64,000 bases of DNA from Macrostomum lignano (Eukaryota), in assembly GCA_002269645.1 (NCBI GenBank), contig NIVC01001255.1, forward strand, positions 186,001 to 250,000, in the 5' to 3' direction. A program made the translations under genes and the position numbers. Shown piece by piece: positions 22,340 through 36,708 of this stretch; position 1 is the stretch's first letter; each line of letters opens with the position of its first letter. Below the pieces are notes generated by a model that made no database searches, was not told where the DNA came from, and was given only the letters and a program-made list of their open reading frames with translations.

Positions 22340-23869
22340 ATGAACAACGATAGTAATAATAATAGCCAATGGACAAGGCCTCGGGACATGATAGTGGACA
22401 CGGCCGCGTTAACGGGCATCGCACTAATCGGCGTATTCGGCAACGCATTAATCATCATGTGCGTCATCGTTCACAAGAAGCTAAAGAATGTCACATCGCT
22501 ATTCGTAGCCAATTTGGCCGGAGCGGACCTGTTATTAGCTGGCTTAGTAACGCCCGGCTCAATGCGCCTGCTGTGGCGTCAGCGCGGCCTGCCATTTAGC
22601 CCGCTGTGCCAGCTATTCGGCGCGGCGCTCTACTTCAGCTGCGCCGCTGTGGTAAATTTTAGCGCACTGATAGCGCTAACTCGCTATATAGTAATCTGCA
22701 AGCCGCACCTCGTTGTTGGCCTATTTAGGCACAAACGAGCCGCTTGCTGGTGCATCGCATTATGGAGCTACACTGTACTGCAGGTAGTAGCGCCTTCGGC
22801 TGGTCAGTTATTCCAGTACGCCTACAATCCGGCTATCGAGGTGTGCCATTTGAACTATACGAAACACCCGGTGGCAATAGCCATATACATCAACTGTTTC
22901 TGCTTTCTGCCCTGTTTGACTGCCTGCATTGTTTGCTACGCGCTAATATTCTACGCTTTGCGTCGGAACAGGCGAAAGCTGACTAGGCACATGTCGTCAA
23001 CAATGAGCGCAAAATTTCTTGCCAAGAAGTTGACTAGAGAGCGTCGAGCAACTCTGCCACTTTTTGTATCGTTATTGTCATTCTTTGTACACTGGCTACC
23101 CGTGATGATCATGTTCGGCTTGGATCCAAACTTTGAAAAATACAATCCGCAGATCTACCGCTATTTAGGCGTGTTTAGCATAGCCAGCGCCTGCGACAAT
23201 TGGATAATCTACGGCCTGTTGAATAAGAACTTTGCCAACGGCTATAAATCTGTATTAAGCTACTGCTGCTGCTGTCAGTCTAGCAACGATGGCGGCCCAA
23301 CAGCGCCGCAAGAGTCGATCAAAATGCGCCGAGCACCTGGTAGAGGCGGCGGACGTCGGCAGTCTAGTAGCGGACGGGTGCACTGTCAGCACCTGTCGGC
23401 TGGCAGTTTGCTGCGCAACAGTCAGCGATTGCAGCAGCATCGCTACAGGCAGAGCAACATTGCTACCGTAGCTGTGGCAAACGCTGCTCCGCTAGTAAGC
23501 GAATTAGAAGACTACAGCGACTTGGAGAGCTGGAACAGCGGCGGTAGGCGGTTTCCAGTTCAACTGCTAGAAGCCTGCCACGCCTGTAACCGAGAAGACA
23601 ACTATGGAAATCAAGTGTCAATTAATGAGAACATGGCGAATCACGATTACAAGGACGACGAGGACGACTACGAAAGCGAAACGGACGATATTGATCGAAT
23701 CAATGAGAAGTGCTGCGGCGCAAGGCACCGAGCTGAGGCTCTGCAGCAGCAGCAGCAACAAAGACTATCATCTGGCGACCAGACGAATACACCAACGCGT
23801 CAATCGCTTGTTGTTGTCCTGGCGGTGCGAGACGGCTGCGACAATGACGGGAAAATTGCCCAGCTGTGA
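22340..23869 (+). CDS. Intronless class A GPCR, melatonin-receptor-like
   Basis: Seven hydrophobic segments; GN in TM1, FVANLAGADL, TRYIVIC, HWLP, CDNWIIYGLLNKNFANGY (compare melatonin receptor NAIIYGLLNQNFRKEY). True ATG likely 22340 (MNNDS), with an N-glycosylation site nearby. Confidence 0.88.
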   Translation: MNNDSNNNSQWTRPRDMIVDTAALTGIALIGVFGNALIIMCVIVHKKLKNVTSLFVANLAGADLLLAGLVTPGSMRLLWRQRGLPFSPLCQLFGAALYFSCAAVVNFSALIALTRYIVICKPHLVVGLFRHKRAACWCIALWSYTVLQVVAPSAGQLFQYAYNPAIEVCHLNYTKHPVAIAIYINCFCFLPCLTACIVCYALIFYALRRNRRKLTRHMSSTMSAKFLAKKLTRERRATLPLFVSLLSFFVHWLPVMIMFGLDPNFEKYNPQIYRYLGVFSIASACDNWIIYGLLNKNFANGYKSVLSYCCCCQSSNDGGPTAPQESIKMRRAPGRGGGRRQSSSGRVHCQHLSAGSLLRNSQRLQQHRYRQSNIATVAVANAAPLVSELEDYSDLESWNSGGRRFPVQLLEACHACNREDNYGNQVSINENMANHDYKDDEDDYESETDDIDRINEKCCGARHRAEALQQQQQQRLSSGDQTNTPTRQSLVVVLAVRDGCDNDGKIAQL

Positions 23870-25683
23870 CGCTTTTTACCATTCTATTCATATATAGCTT
23901 CTTAAGTCGATGATTAATCTTTCTCCTCGATTGAAAAGGCTTCTGTCCCCATCAAAATCAAAACATGGAAAGCAATAAGTAAACACGCGTTGCCGATTCC
24001 CTTTTTTATGCTTAAGCCAATAGGCTTAACAGGCGACTGACCCTCCAGTCTAGACCGATTCCACTCGTCTTCACCAGCTAAGAACTATGCTGCTGGTCCT
24101 GCAGAGCGGCACTTTGCACCGTTACCTCGGAATGCGTGCAGACAGTGGCGGTCAGAACACTTTAAAAAGGACAGGACAGACCGGGAACGGCGGTTCTAGG
24201 CAAATAAGATCGGTTCAAGAAAGCCAGCCAGACTGAGATTAGAGCCTACACACTGAAAGGGACCGCGAGGAACAGGCGCTACGCTGCAGCGTTCAGCTTC
24301 ATCAACCCCTCTTTCTTTCTCGCTGCCCCCTCACGCCTGTCTCCTACAGATACGGCGTCATTCGAACCCAAGCCTCAGAACACAGTTCCCCTCCTAGAAG
24401 CAGATACAGAACGCCCTAATCAATTCAGCGAAATGTGTTATCCTCCCACTCTACCGCGAGTGCCCAATTTTAGCTTAACTGAACTGGACCTACCTGTGAG
24501 TCAAGCAGTTATGCACCTTCGGCTACAATAAGATTGTAAAACCTTTACCAAATTTTGTTTCTCTTCTGCACTCCGATTTGCAATATTGATTTCTTTATGT
24601 TGCTTTACAATCATTTGTCATAATGAAATATATGAAATTTACCTCAGTGCACTCAGTCAATATTACAAAGCAATCATACCATACAGCTTTTTTTTTAATG
24701 TCAATTACCTGTAAATACTAGAAGAAAAAGATAAATGGGAATAAAATAAAGCATGACAGTTCGCATACTACAATAAAAACATGCACACTTTCATACTTAT
24801 TATTAGAATTTAAACATAGCATAAATAGCCAGGCCCAACATTCTAAAAACTTTTTATCTCAACAATGCTACTAAAAGTAGCAATAGAAGCTAGTAATACA
24901 TACTTTTGCTTGAATATGAATGCAATTTAGACAGTAAGATAGCAGTAAGATGTAGTGTCATATTGAAAATAAGTATATTAAACTTGCCTTTTCAAATTAC
25001 TAAGATCTTTTAATAATAAGATAATGCAAAATAGCAACAATGTTTCTGCTAGCTGCAGTATATAGACAAAATTCTAATAGACTCTCTAATATTAGAATTC
25101 TAATATTAAAATTCTAATAGACTCATAACTGTTAATTTGCCATAGGCATTTTAGCTATCCTGTTCACTATATAAGTATAAATACAAGTTCAACTTGCAGC
25201 TTTGGCCCTTCACCTCTTTTTTGCCCTACTAATCAATTACAATAAACTTGCTTCTATTAGTTAATTGTCAACTTCAACAAATTGGTAACAGAGCATTAGC
25301 ATTACCATGGTCATTATGCAATCAATAACTGACCTATCTAGTGACCAGATCTAGTAGTCCCAGAATGACCATAGCACATACTCTGCTAAAATAGCCATTG
25401 CCACAGAGTAGTCGCATATTGAAGCTAGTGACCCACCACTAGCTGCTTTAGCAACTACGATATCTTCTCTTTTTGCTGCTTATTCCATAACTACGATCCT
25501 TGCAGCAGCTCCCACTACCTCTGTTGACATCAATGCCTCCTGACCACAATGACTGCCATGATACAACAAAACCAACTGCTCATACAATAGCTTGATGCTA
25601 ATGCTCATCTTGCCCCAACATCAACATCATTGTCTATTACTAGCAACTGCAATCTAATTGCTCTCATCTGCTTTATTGTTCTT

Positions 25684-26205
25684 TCAAAGGTTTATCTTCC
25701 AACATTCAATGGTATAGACCTAGCTACATTCCCTAGATTCTAGGAGACATTCTTTCACCATGTCAACAGCATTGCAGTCAATAACATTGATAAGTTTGAG
25801 GCATTCCACAGTCTTCTCTCTGGCTTGGCACTAGAAGCTTGGCACCCTTGATGCTTGCTAGCCCAATGCCTATGCAGAAGCCTGCTGCATCCTCCTGGGC
25901 AAATATATTGATGCCCAAGAGCAGAAAAAATGCCATTCTAGTGCATTTTTGCTCTCCATTGCAGCTCCACCTCCAACCTAGATAAGCTCAATAATTTTAC
26001 CAACACCCTTTGTCTCATTACCAGCTAGCTATTCTGCCTAAGTGAGCTTGTTTGCACCATGGACAGCCACATCTATGCACTTTGGAACTGCCTCCTGCTC
26101 AAGTACTAGACCAAAATCTGGAATATCCACATTGCCAATGGGCTGCCCCTTATGTTTACCATGGCCTAGCTCCAAGGCCACCTCGACTGCAAGCTGAAGA
26201 TGCTC
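25684..26205 (+). pseudogene. BEL/Pao LTR-retrotransposon gag (DUF1759-like) relic
   Basis: SKVYLPTFNGIDLATFPRF*ETFFHHVNSIAVNNIDKFEAFHSLLSGLALEA / NAYAEACCILLGKY matches the LPxFxG..W..FW..F...KF..L.SLL.G.A...NY.EA...L...Y pattern; two frameshifts and TAG stops. Confidence 0.7.
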
Positions 26206-28943
26206 AAAGCCACTTTCTTTTAAACTGATTTAAATGAACTACACAAGATAAATTGAACTATGAAATTGAAACTTTGAAGTTGCTTAATTCTATCACTCTT
26301 TTGAGCCTTAGTTTGACAATATATAGTTTTCTAAGTTCTAAGTTATTTTTTAATGTTAAAAAGGTCTAAAAAACCTACTTTAATCATTTTATAATATCAT
26401 ATCATATTGTAACTATTTTATTTCAAATGAAAATATAATTTAGCAAACAAAAGAGGAAAATTACTTGCCTATTTGACTATCAAAAGAATTAGATATAAGC
26501 TAGCTAATTACTAGAGCTAGAGTACAACTAAACCAATATTAGCCAAACAAACAAGCCTTTAGCTTTAGAATAGACTTAATTAGTATCATATAAATAGACC
26601 TTTTAATCAAATTTAACTAAAATTTGACAAACAATTAACCTAAAAAATAGGGTAATTTGTTAATCTTTAGAAATTTCAAGACATTTAAAATAGAATTTCG
26701 AATTACATTTTGTTCATATTTCTGTTGTTAGTAAGTAAGCTACTAAGACCACTCAATGAGTAACTTTTCCAAACTTTTAAACTATAATAAAGAATTAAGA
26801 CTAGACCTATACCATAGAAAACTCTAATATATACAAGGGATTCCTAATGCACTTAGCACATAATCAAAGTATAAGTAGATATTGAACAAAGGCCATAGTC
26901 TAGAAGAAGGCATATTTACCAAAAATTTCCAAGGTACACTCAAGAAATTAGGTATATATGTTGACATACAAAAATTGATTTTAGGCTTTTGGTATATACA
27001 TTTAATATTTTGGTATGATATACACCAAAAATAAAAAATAATTTTATTAATAACATTAATAGTCACAATAATCATCTATGCATTGTAATTGTAAAATTTG
27101 ATAACTATATAACACAAAACTAAGAAATCATCTAGTTTTGTATATTTAATTATATTTTGAAAAATAGTGACTTTGTTAGTTACCACAAGTAAATATTTGA
27201 ACTTTTCCAGGTGTAAAATTTAGTAGTGATATGGCAGACATCAATGTCTATGTTTACTAGGCCTAGTTTGAGATGGCTAAATGCTATCTATGGTGAAAAC
27301 CTGCAATTGCTCCCTGTTTTTTTAAATGGACTAAGATGGGAAGGACTGGGATTCTAATGAATATCTTGCTTGGCTTGCTTTCCTAAACAATCTTGATTGT
27401 CACTCTTGATTGTGATTGTTAAAATTTTTAGATTTTAACTTTATCTATCTAAGTCTAACTGAAGTTTTTAAATTATAAAAATCACTGACATTAGTACTAG
27501 GCCTAAAATAGTAGTACCGTTATAAAACTGACAATTTGAAGCTTTGCATAATATAATATATTTGGCATACATTGGAATACAGAAAAAATGTCTTTTTGTG
27601 GGGTACATTTATAGACTAGGGCCAAAGGTCCCTAATACATAGGCCTAGGCCTATGATATACAACTGCAAATTGTTATAGGCCAAAAACAATTTATTCCAA
27701 ATCAAAACTGCCTTTTTCTAATATTCAATTCCAATAGAATGTTTCAAAGAATGGGTCACACAAGGACCACAGTAGTAGGGTTGGTAGTATAAATCCTATT
27801 TTTTTGCCTTCTTAACATTATTCATGATAACTTATATGATGACTATGAGTATGATGTAGTCATAAAAATACAATATATCTAATAGCTATCATGCACGAGA
27901 GAAAAAAATAGGGCTTATGTCTTATGAAAGACTAGGGCCCAAGGCTTGTAAGCCAATGCAAGTCTAGGATTAGGCCTGCACTGCACAACATTATAAAGCA
28001 TAGGCGAATATGACTAGCCTACTACTCAGAGACTGATCTTGAAAAACAGAAAACTTATGCTTTGCCTTAGTACATAATATTAAAAATACTTCGATTTTAT
28101 AATAGGCCTAATTTTGCCTTCTTTGAACCTTTAATACGCTAGTAGCTAGCAGTAAATAACAATAAGATCATGAACGTCACATCAATGACCGAGGAGTTCG
28201 AATGGTTTTTTAAAAGATCGAGGGTTCCTAGAATATTCTACGAAGTCCGGTTCTCGTTACACACGCTTTAAGCTCAGCCATTGATAACGAATAATCGATA
28301 AAATTAAAGATATGGGATGAAACGCCAGCTTACTTGATCTTTCTGGGCTGAGTTTAGTCTTTTGATGCTGTTTTTGTTGTTTTTGTTGCTGTTGTTATAC
28401 ATGTTGGTGCTGTTGTTGTAAATCGATGCTAACGTGTAGCTATATACCAAGCCATGGCCAGGGTTCTTTAATTTTTTACCATAGACAAGACGAATAATAA
28501 CTTCGACTAAAAAGTTGACAACAGAGAGGCTAAGAGGATACTCAACTCGATGTCGTCATTTATATTGCTGCCATTAACTACAGTTAGTCTGTACGTTAGC
28601 AATCTCAAATATGCTTTGCGCTCTAAATCTAACATCAGGTTTGTAATTTCGTTTCCTCTTTCGACTTTTTATAGCTGTTGAATAGATGAAGTTAAATTAA
28701 TTGCTGCGCAGGTCAAATTGGAAAAGTTTTGATTTGAAGTTTTTGACAGAGTTTTGACAAAAAGCATGAATCTGAGCGCAAAATCAGCGTTGTCAATAGA
28801 AATGCACGGAGTCAGTATACAGCGATCGCACCATCCTTTCTTAGTTTCATCCACTCTTAGTTTCGCAATTGATGCAACTCGAAAGAAACCGCGAACAGTG
28901 GGCGTGTTGGGGACAATGTTAGTGTCTTCATTCGCTTCCTAGT

Positions 28944-29635
28944 CATGGATGAATGAATAGAATGGATTGCTATTCTGGCTCTGGCTATTTTCGTTTTTGA
29001 CTCTTTTGCATCCGGTTCCCCCCCGTGCCTGTTCTCATCGTTACTGGTATCGTATATGTGTGTTGTTTTCCTGTTCCAATTTCACTCAATTTTACCATTC
29101 TAACAGTCTGTGTTGTCATGTACGTTAATAGAATCGTGTACCACAAGTTTTGATGCGTGATGCACACACAAAGGTACTCCCTCGATGATGATGATGGGCG
29201 AAATAGAAGTTACTTGTGTTGAAATAGAACTTTAAAACCAATTTCATAACTCCAATAGTAAAATTCAGATAAAGCATCGCCAGTAATCCATTATTGTAGC
29301 ATTGTCATCGCACCCTCATCATCACCCTCGACATGAAAATCTGAAATCATTACTGTTGTAATTTGCAGGGGATTTGTTATCATTCCTCTGCTTTAATTAA
29401 CAACTTCAATTGACAAACAAGTAACCAGAGAATATCGAGCGCTCGATATTCTCTGCAAGTAACTGACATTCTCAGTTCTTTGCGCTTGTGCATCGAAAGA
29501 AAGGGGCGAAGGCCGAAAATTGTCTATGGCAATCATCAACCAATGAAAAGGCACGGGGGGGAACCGGATGCAAAAGAGTCAAAAACGAAAATAGCCAGAG
29601 CCAGAATAGCAATCCATTCTATTCATTCATCCATG
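28944..29635 (+). mobile_element. Non-autonomous P-superfamily DNA transposon, copy 1
   Basis: TIRs CATGGATGAA...TTCATCCATG; exact 8-bp TSD ttcctagt (28936-28943 and 29636-29643); left TIR truncated at about 87 bp. Confidence 0.88.
29426..29455. mobile_element. 30-bp TIR-only mini-element nested in the P derivative
   Basis: Perfect palindrome cagagaatatcgagcgctcgatattctctg flanked by the 8-bp direct repeat caagtaac. Confidence 0.65.
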
Positions 29636-30334
29636 TTCCTAGTCACTTTTTGATCTGCCATTTCGTCATTTTCAGGGGCTTCTATCGCCCCATTATAATT
29701 CTGCAGTAACTCTCTGGCCATCTCCCTACCAAAGGGTTCTATGGTGAGAATTGAGTAATTTCACCGTCAACAATCATGCCAGTTGAAGTCGAATTCATTT
29801 CGGATTTGGTCACTTTGTCTAAATTTGCGTTAACATTTTTACTCTATTTAATGCAGAAACACATGGTCATTCAGCACCAAAAAACTATATATTAATCTAG
29901 CTAGATTATTTTTGCCATGACTTGCCCCTTTCGGTTGTTCTGCGAACGCGTCCGCGCAAAGTCTAGCTAGACCAAAAAAACTGATTACTACATTTACGTG
30001 AGTTCAAAATCTATCAAACACCCGCATTTAAAGGTACATGTAAAAGTGGAATAGACCACATACGAGGAGCGTTTGATGACGAACTATTTAGTTTTTTTCA
30101 GTTGAATATTGGTCACTTTGTCATACAAGGCATATAAAGCTTCCATCTTCTTGGTCAGTTCGTATTTCAAAATGAAGAACTATAACAGATGACAATTTCT
30201 ATCCAGCAACCAATTGTCTTTTGAAAAACGCTAAAAGCCATTTTAACGCAAAATTTGGCGTCTTTACTGCGAAGAATGAGTGAAATGATCTTTTTCGCCT
30301 CCGGATATCTACCCCATTTAGGCTAAAATTAGGC

Positions 30335-30612
30335 CATAGGTCGGCCATCTCCGGCCCGCAAAGCCTCTCTATTTGGCCCTTGGGTCATTTGAAACTGCAA
30401 AATAGCAATCCAGCCCCATCAAGGTTTGTGTCTCTGAGCTCGACTCTTCTATCTTATCTTCTCTCTCTCTCCTCTTCCCTCTCTCTCTCTCTCTCTCGTC
30501 TCATCTCTCATCTCCTCGTTCCTTTTCCCTTCTATTCTCTCTCTTACCCCCCTCTCATCTGGCCCGAAGCTGGATCTGGCCATTTAGGGGTAAAAAAATT
30601 TGCCGACCCCTG
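30335..30612. mobile_element. hAT (Charlie/MER-like) MITE with a damaged left end
   Basis: Right end tttgccgacccctg (reverse complement CAGGGGTCGGCAAA); left end gtcggccatctccggcccgc; ccatag present at both flanks. Confidence 0.5.
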
Positions 30613-31093
30613 CCATAGACGGTAATAAATATAGCTTTCTGATAAACGTGTATAAGTGCATCTAATTATGTCAATAGACTATGGAACATCACTTTTCATT
30701 GTAACACAAATACAGAATGATAAGACTTCGAATTTGACTATCTACGCTCGTAGAGCTTCAGGCGCGAAGATGTATGTTTGTGTCTGTGTGCTTAGTTAGA
30801 AAGAAGTATCTATCTTAAAAATCATCCGTGCTTTTTCAACGTCTCCATGCAGAAATTACCGTAAAACTGCCGCGTAGAAACAGCAGTACTGAAAGCCCCA
30901 TAATTTGCCCGTCTCTGTCCATAACTTTGATTCATAATTAACTAGCATAGTTTCATCTTGCCTGTAATTATCCGCCTAATTCATCTTTCTGCCCCCGGCT
31001 TCTTCTGTCCATTTTAGCCATTTTTCTTTCTTGTAAAATGCTATATAATAGACATTTATCATATTGACTGGTTGTGTGCATAACTAAATATCA

Positions 31094-32968
<1,875 letters not shown>

Positions 32969-33569
32969 TTGCTTTTAAGAAAATGTGCTTTCATTTCAAA
33001 GGATTCTCATAAATAATTTTCGGAGCGCCCCAAAGGGGGGCACTATAGATTGCTAGTCCAATACTCAGAATATTAATCTGTCTATCAGTGACCTTTGCTT
33101 GCCTCTTTGCTGCTTCCCTCCTAAAAATTGAAATTTCATTAAAAACAGCACCCCAACAGATTCTAATCCAACAGGCGCATACTTTGAATCAGTCTGGCAG
33201 TTCATTAGCCGTCCAACTGTTATTAGCGACCTCACTTTGAGCTCCTCTTCGCCAAGATGACACTTGATCAACACTAATGGAAGTAATGATGATTCTGGAT
33301 AATTCTCAGCTTTCATGGAAAGCTTTTTCTCAGCAAGATTAAAAATCTTAAGGCTGATATTTGCCCGAATAAAATTTTTCAACTGCAACTTGACTATAAC
33401 TAAGGTCATCTCGTGCAAACTCAAAGATGACTTTTAGTCTAAGGTTTTTACTTGGGTGTCACTCTATCCATTCCTGCGTTACTTTATCCATCTTTTAGGA
33501 CTCTTTCTCTAGACAAAATTCTAAGAATTCATGTTTTCACGCTTTTATAACCAACTGCTTCTAAATCTG

Positions 33570-34320
33570 CCTCTCCCTCAGTGCCTGAGAATCTGCCTCT
33601 CCCTCAGTGCCTGAGAATCTGCCTCTCCCTCAGTGCCTGAGAATCTGCCTCTCCGCTCTCCCTCAGTGCTTGAGAATCTGCCTCTCCGCTCTCCCTCAGT
33701 ACTTGAGAATCTGCCTCTCCGCTCTCCCTCAGTACTTGAGAATCTGCCTCTCCGCTCTCCCTCAGTACTTGAGAATCTGCCTCTCCGCTCTCCCTCAGTA
33801 CTTGAGAATCTGCCTCTCCGCTCTCCCTCAGTACTTGAGAATCTGCCTCTCCCTCAGTGCCTGAGAATCTGCCTCTCCGCTCTCCCTCAGTGCTTGAGAA
33901 TCTGCCTCTCCCTCAGTGCCTGAGAATCTGCCTCTCCGTTCTCCCTCAGTGCCTGAGAATCTGCCTCTCCGCTCTCCCTCAGTACTTGAGAATCTGCCTC
34001 TCCCTCAGTGCCTGAGAATCTGCCTCTCCCTCAGTGCCTGAGAATCTGCCTCTCCTTCAGTGCCTGAGAATCTGCCTCTCCGCTCTCCCTCAGTGCCTGA
34101 GAATCTGCCTCTCCCTCAGTGCCTGAGAGTCTGCCTCTCCACCCCCCCTCAGTGCTTGAGAATCTGCCTCTCCCTCAGTGCCCGAGAATCTGCCTCTCCA
34201 CCCCCCTCAGTGCTTGAGAATCTGCCTCTCCCTCAGTGCCTGAGAATCTGCCGCTCCGCTCACCCTCAGTGCCTGAGAATCTGCCTCTCCGCTCTCCCTC
34301 AGTGCCTGAGAATCTGCCTT
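33570..34320. repeat. 25-33-bp minisatellite
   Basis: tgagaatctgcctctcc(gctctcc)ctcagt units. Confidence 0.95.
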
Positions 34321-34591
34321 ATCAGCTTATTTGATTGACTATCTTAGATAGTTTCGCAGTTGTTAGTCAATGCACAGGATGCAGATAGTTATTCCCCAGC
34401 CCGAATATCCGATTAGATGCAATCTCTAAGGCCCACTGGCTATCAAGCAAAACCCAGCCAATCCCAGACGGCCGATGTAGCTTTGCACCTGGAGGCTTTA
34501 AAGACTGTGTCTGTCTGAGCACCTTTCACACCGCCTCGCTTTGCTCCTTATCCCACACTGACCTGCATTCTCGTTTCCGCTCATCTCATCC

Positions 34592-35032
34592 ATGCCACCC
34601 AGCGGTTCCGCCCATCGAGTCCAGCTGCTGGAAAATCCGCCACAGAACTTCAGCAGTTTCCAGCCCTGCTTCAGTGTCTGGTCTGAACTTCTCGATTCCT
34701 TTGATGCGGATTTTAACTTGAGCAGCTCCTACCGGTACCAGCCTGAGCACTTGGGCCGCTTCCTTAGTCTCAGCGTTGAGATCGAGCCGAGCCAGAGTAA
34801 CAGCAGCGCCAATGCGACTTTCGTTGGAGGCTGTCGGATCTCCGCTCTGCCGTTTAAACCGTTTGCCTTTGTTTTTTTGCTGGCTGTGGCGGCAGTGTCT
34901 GCGGTGGCTAACAGCGCCGTACTTGTCAAACTGCTGGGCTGCTGCCCCAGTCAAAGGCGCCGCTTCTGCTGCCGCCGAAGAAGAGCTGCTGCTGCGGCTG
35001 GAAGTACCTCTGCTCGGGGAATCGGCTCAAAG
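34592..35032 (+). CDS. GnRH/AKH/vasopressin-superfamily neuropeptide GPCR, exon 1 (N-terminus, TM1)
   Basis: ATG 34592; N-glycosylation sites (NFS, NLS, NSS, NAT); TM1 FAFVFLLAVAAVSAVANSAVLVKL; donor AAG|gtatta, phase 0. Confidence 0.75.
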
Positions 35033-35037
35033 GTATT

Positions 35038-35038
<1 letters not shown>

Positions 35039-35087
<49 letters not shown>

Positions 35088-36228
35088 CAGCAGCAGCAGT
35101 ATTAGCAGCAGCAGCAGTATTAGCAGCAGTAGCAGCAGCAGCAGTATTAGTAGCAGTAGCAGCAGCAGCAGTATTAGTAGCAGCAGCAGCAGTAGCAGTA
35201 TTAGTAGCAGTAGCAGCAGCAGCAGTATTAGTAGCAGTAGCAGTAGCAGTAGCAGTAGCAGCAGCAGTAGCAGTAGCAGTAGCAGCAGCAGTAGCAGTAG
35301 CAGCAGCAGTAGCAGTGGCAGTGGCAGTAGCAGTAGCAGTAGCAGCAGCAGTAGCAGTAGCAGTAGCAGCAGCAGTAGCAGTAGCAGTAGCAGCAGCAGT
35401 AGCAGTAGCAGTAGCAGTAGCAGTAGCAGTAGCAGTAGCAGCAGCAGCAGCAGTAGCAGTAGCAGTAGCAGTAGCAGTAGCAGTAGCAGTAGCAGTAGCA
35501 GTAGCAGTAGCAGTAGCAGTAGCAGTAGCAGTAGCAGTAGCAGTAGCAGTAGCAGTAGCAGCAGCAGCAGCAGTAGCAGTAGCAGTAGCAGTAGCAGCAG
35601 CAGTAGCAGTAGCAGTAGCAGTAGCAGTGGCAGTGGCAGTAGCAGTAGCAGTAGCAGTAGCAGTAGCAGTAGCAGCAGCAGTAGCAGTAGCAGCAGCAGC
35701 AGCAGTAGCAGTAGCAGTAGCAGTAGCAGTAGCAGTAGCAGCAGTATCAGCAGCAGTAGCAATAGCAGTGGCAGTAGCAGTAGCAGTAGCAGTGGCAGTA
35801 GCAGTAGCAGCAGCAGTAGCAGTAGCAGTAGCAGTAGCAGTAGCAGTAGCAGTAGCAGTAGCAGTAGCAGTAGCAGTAGCAGTAGCAGTAGCAGTAGCAG
35901 TAGCAGTAGCAGTAGCAGTAGCAGTAGCAGCAGCAGTAGCAGTAGCAGCAGCAGCAGCAGTAGCAGTAGCAGCAGCAGCAGCAGTAGCAGTAGCAGTAGC
36001 AGTAGCAGTAGCAGTAGCAGCAGTATCAGCAGCAGTAGCAATAGCAGTGGCAGTAGCAGTAGCAGTAGCAGTGGCAGTGGCAGTAGCAGTAGCAGTAGCA
36101 GTAGCAGTAGCAGTAGCAGTAGCAGTAGCAGTGGCAGTAGCAGTAGCAGTAGCAGTAGCAGTAGCAGTAGCAGTGGCAGTGGCAGTAGCAGTAGCAGTGG
36201 CAGTAGCAGTAGCAGTAGCAGTGGCAGT
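35039..36228. repeat. (GCA/GTA)n trinucleotide array filling GPCR intron 1
   Basis: agcagc/agtagc runs for about 1.2 kb. Confidence 0.98.
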
Positions 36229-36414
36229 ACAAGAAAAACTGGGACAAGTGTGTTTGCATGTCGGAAAACTGACAGTTACATGTTCTTTTAATATGAGCCA
36301 CGGGCATAAACTCGACGGACTTTAGACTTGCTGCTATTTTAATTAGCACTCACTGTTGCCCATACACCGCATCCGACATCAGCTCAAGGACTGCTCAACC
36401 CGCCTCTCATGCAG

Positions 36415-36708
36415 ATGAGTTTCTTCATCCTACACCTGGCAGCGGCTGACCTAGTGGTCTTGCTTACTCCTGTGGTTGAGCTCGTTAATATCTGGTCTGG
36501 CAGCTGGTACGGCGGCCGGTACCTGTGCAAAATCTACAGGATTCTGTCAACATTCGGCCTGTACCTGTCCTCATTTATTGTGGTTGCCATTGCGGCTGAC
36601 AGGTGCGCGGTGATCACGAGACCGTTCAGCATCGCCACGGCTGGACGGCGAGCGCGGCTTCTGCTGATCGGTTGCGTGCTGACGGCCGTGGCCTGCAGCC
36701 TGCCGCAG
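36415..36708 (+). CDS. Neuropeptide GPCR exon 2 (TM2-TM4)
   Basis: catgcag|MSFFILHLAAADL...W.G...LCK...LYLSSFIVVAIAADRCAVITRP...SLPQ|gtgctg. Confidence 0.88.

Noticed and set aside
24030-24530. Possible LTR of the BEL relic
   Set aside because: No second copy, TG...CA pair or PBS could be identified.
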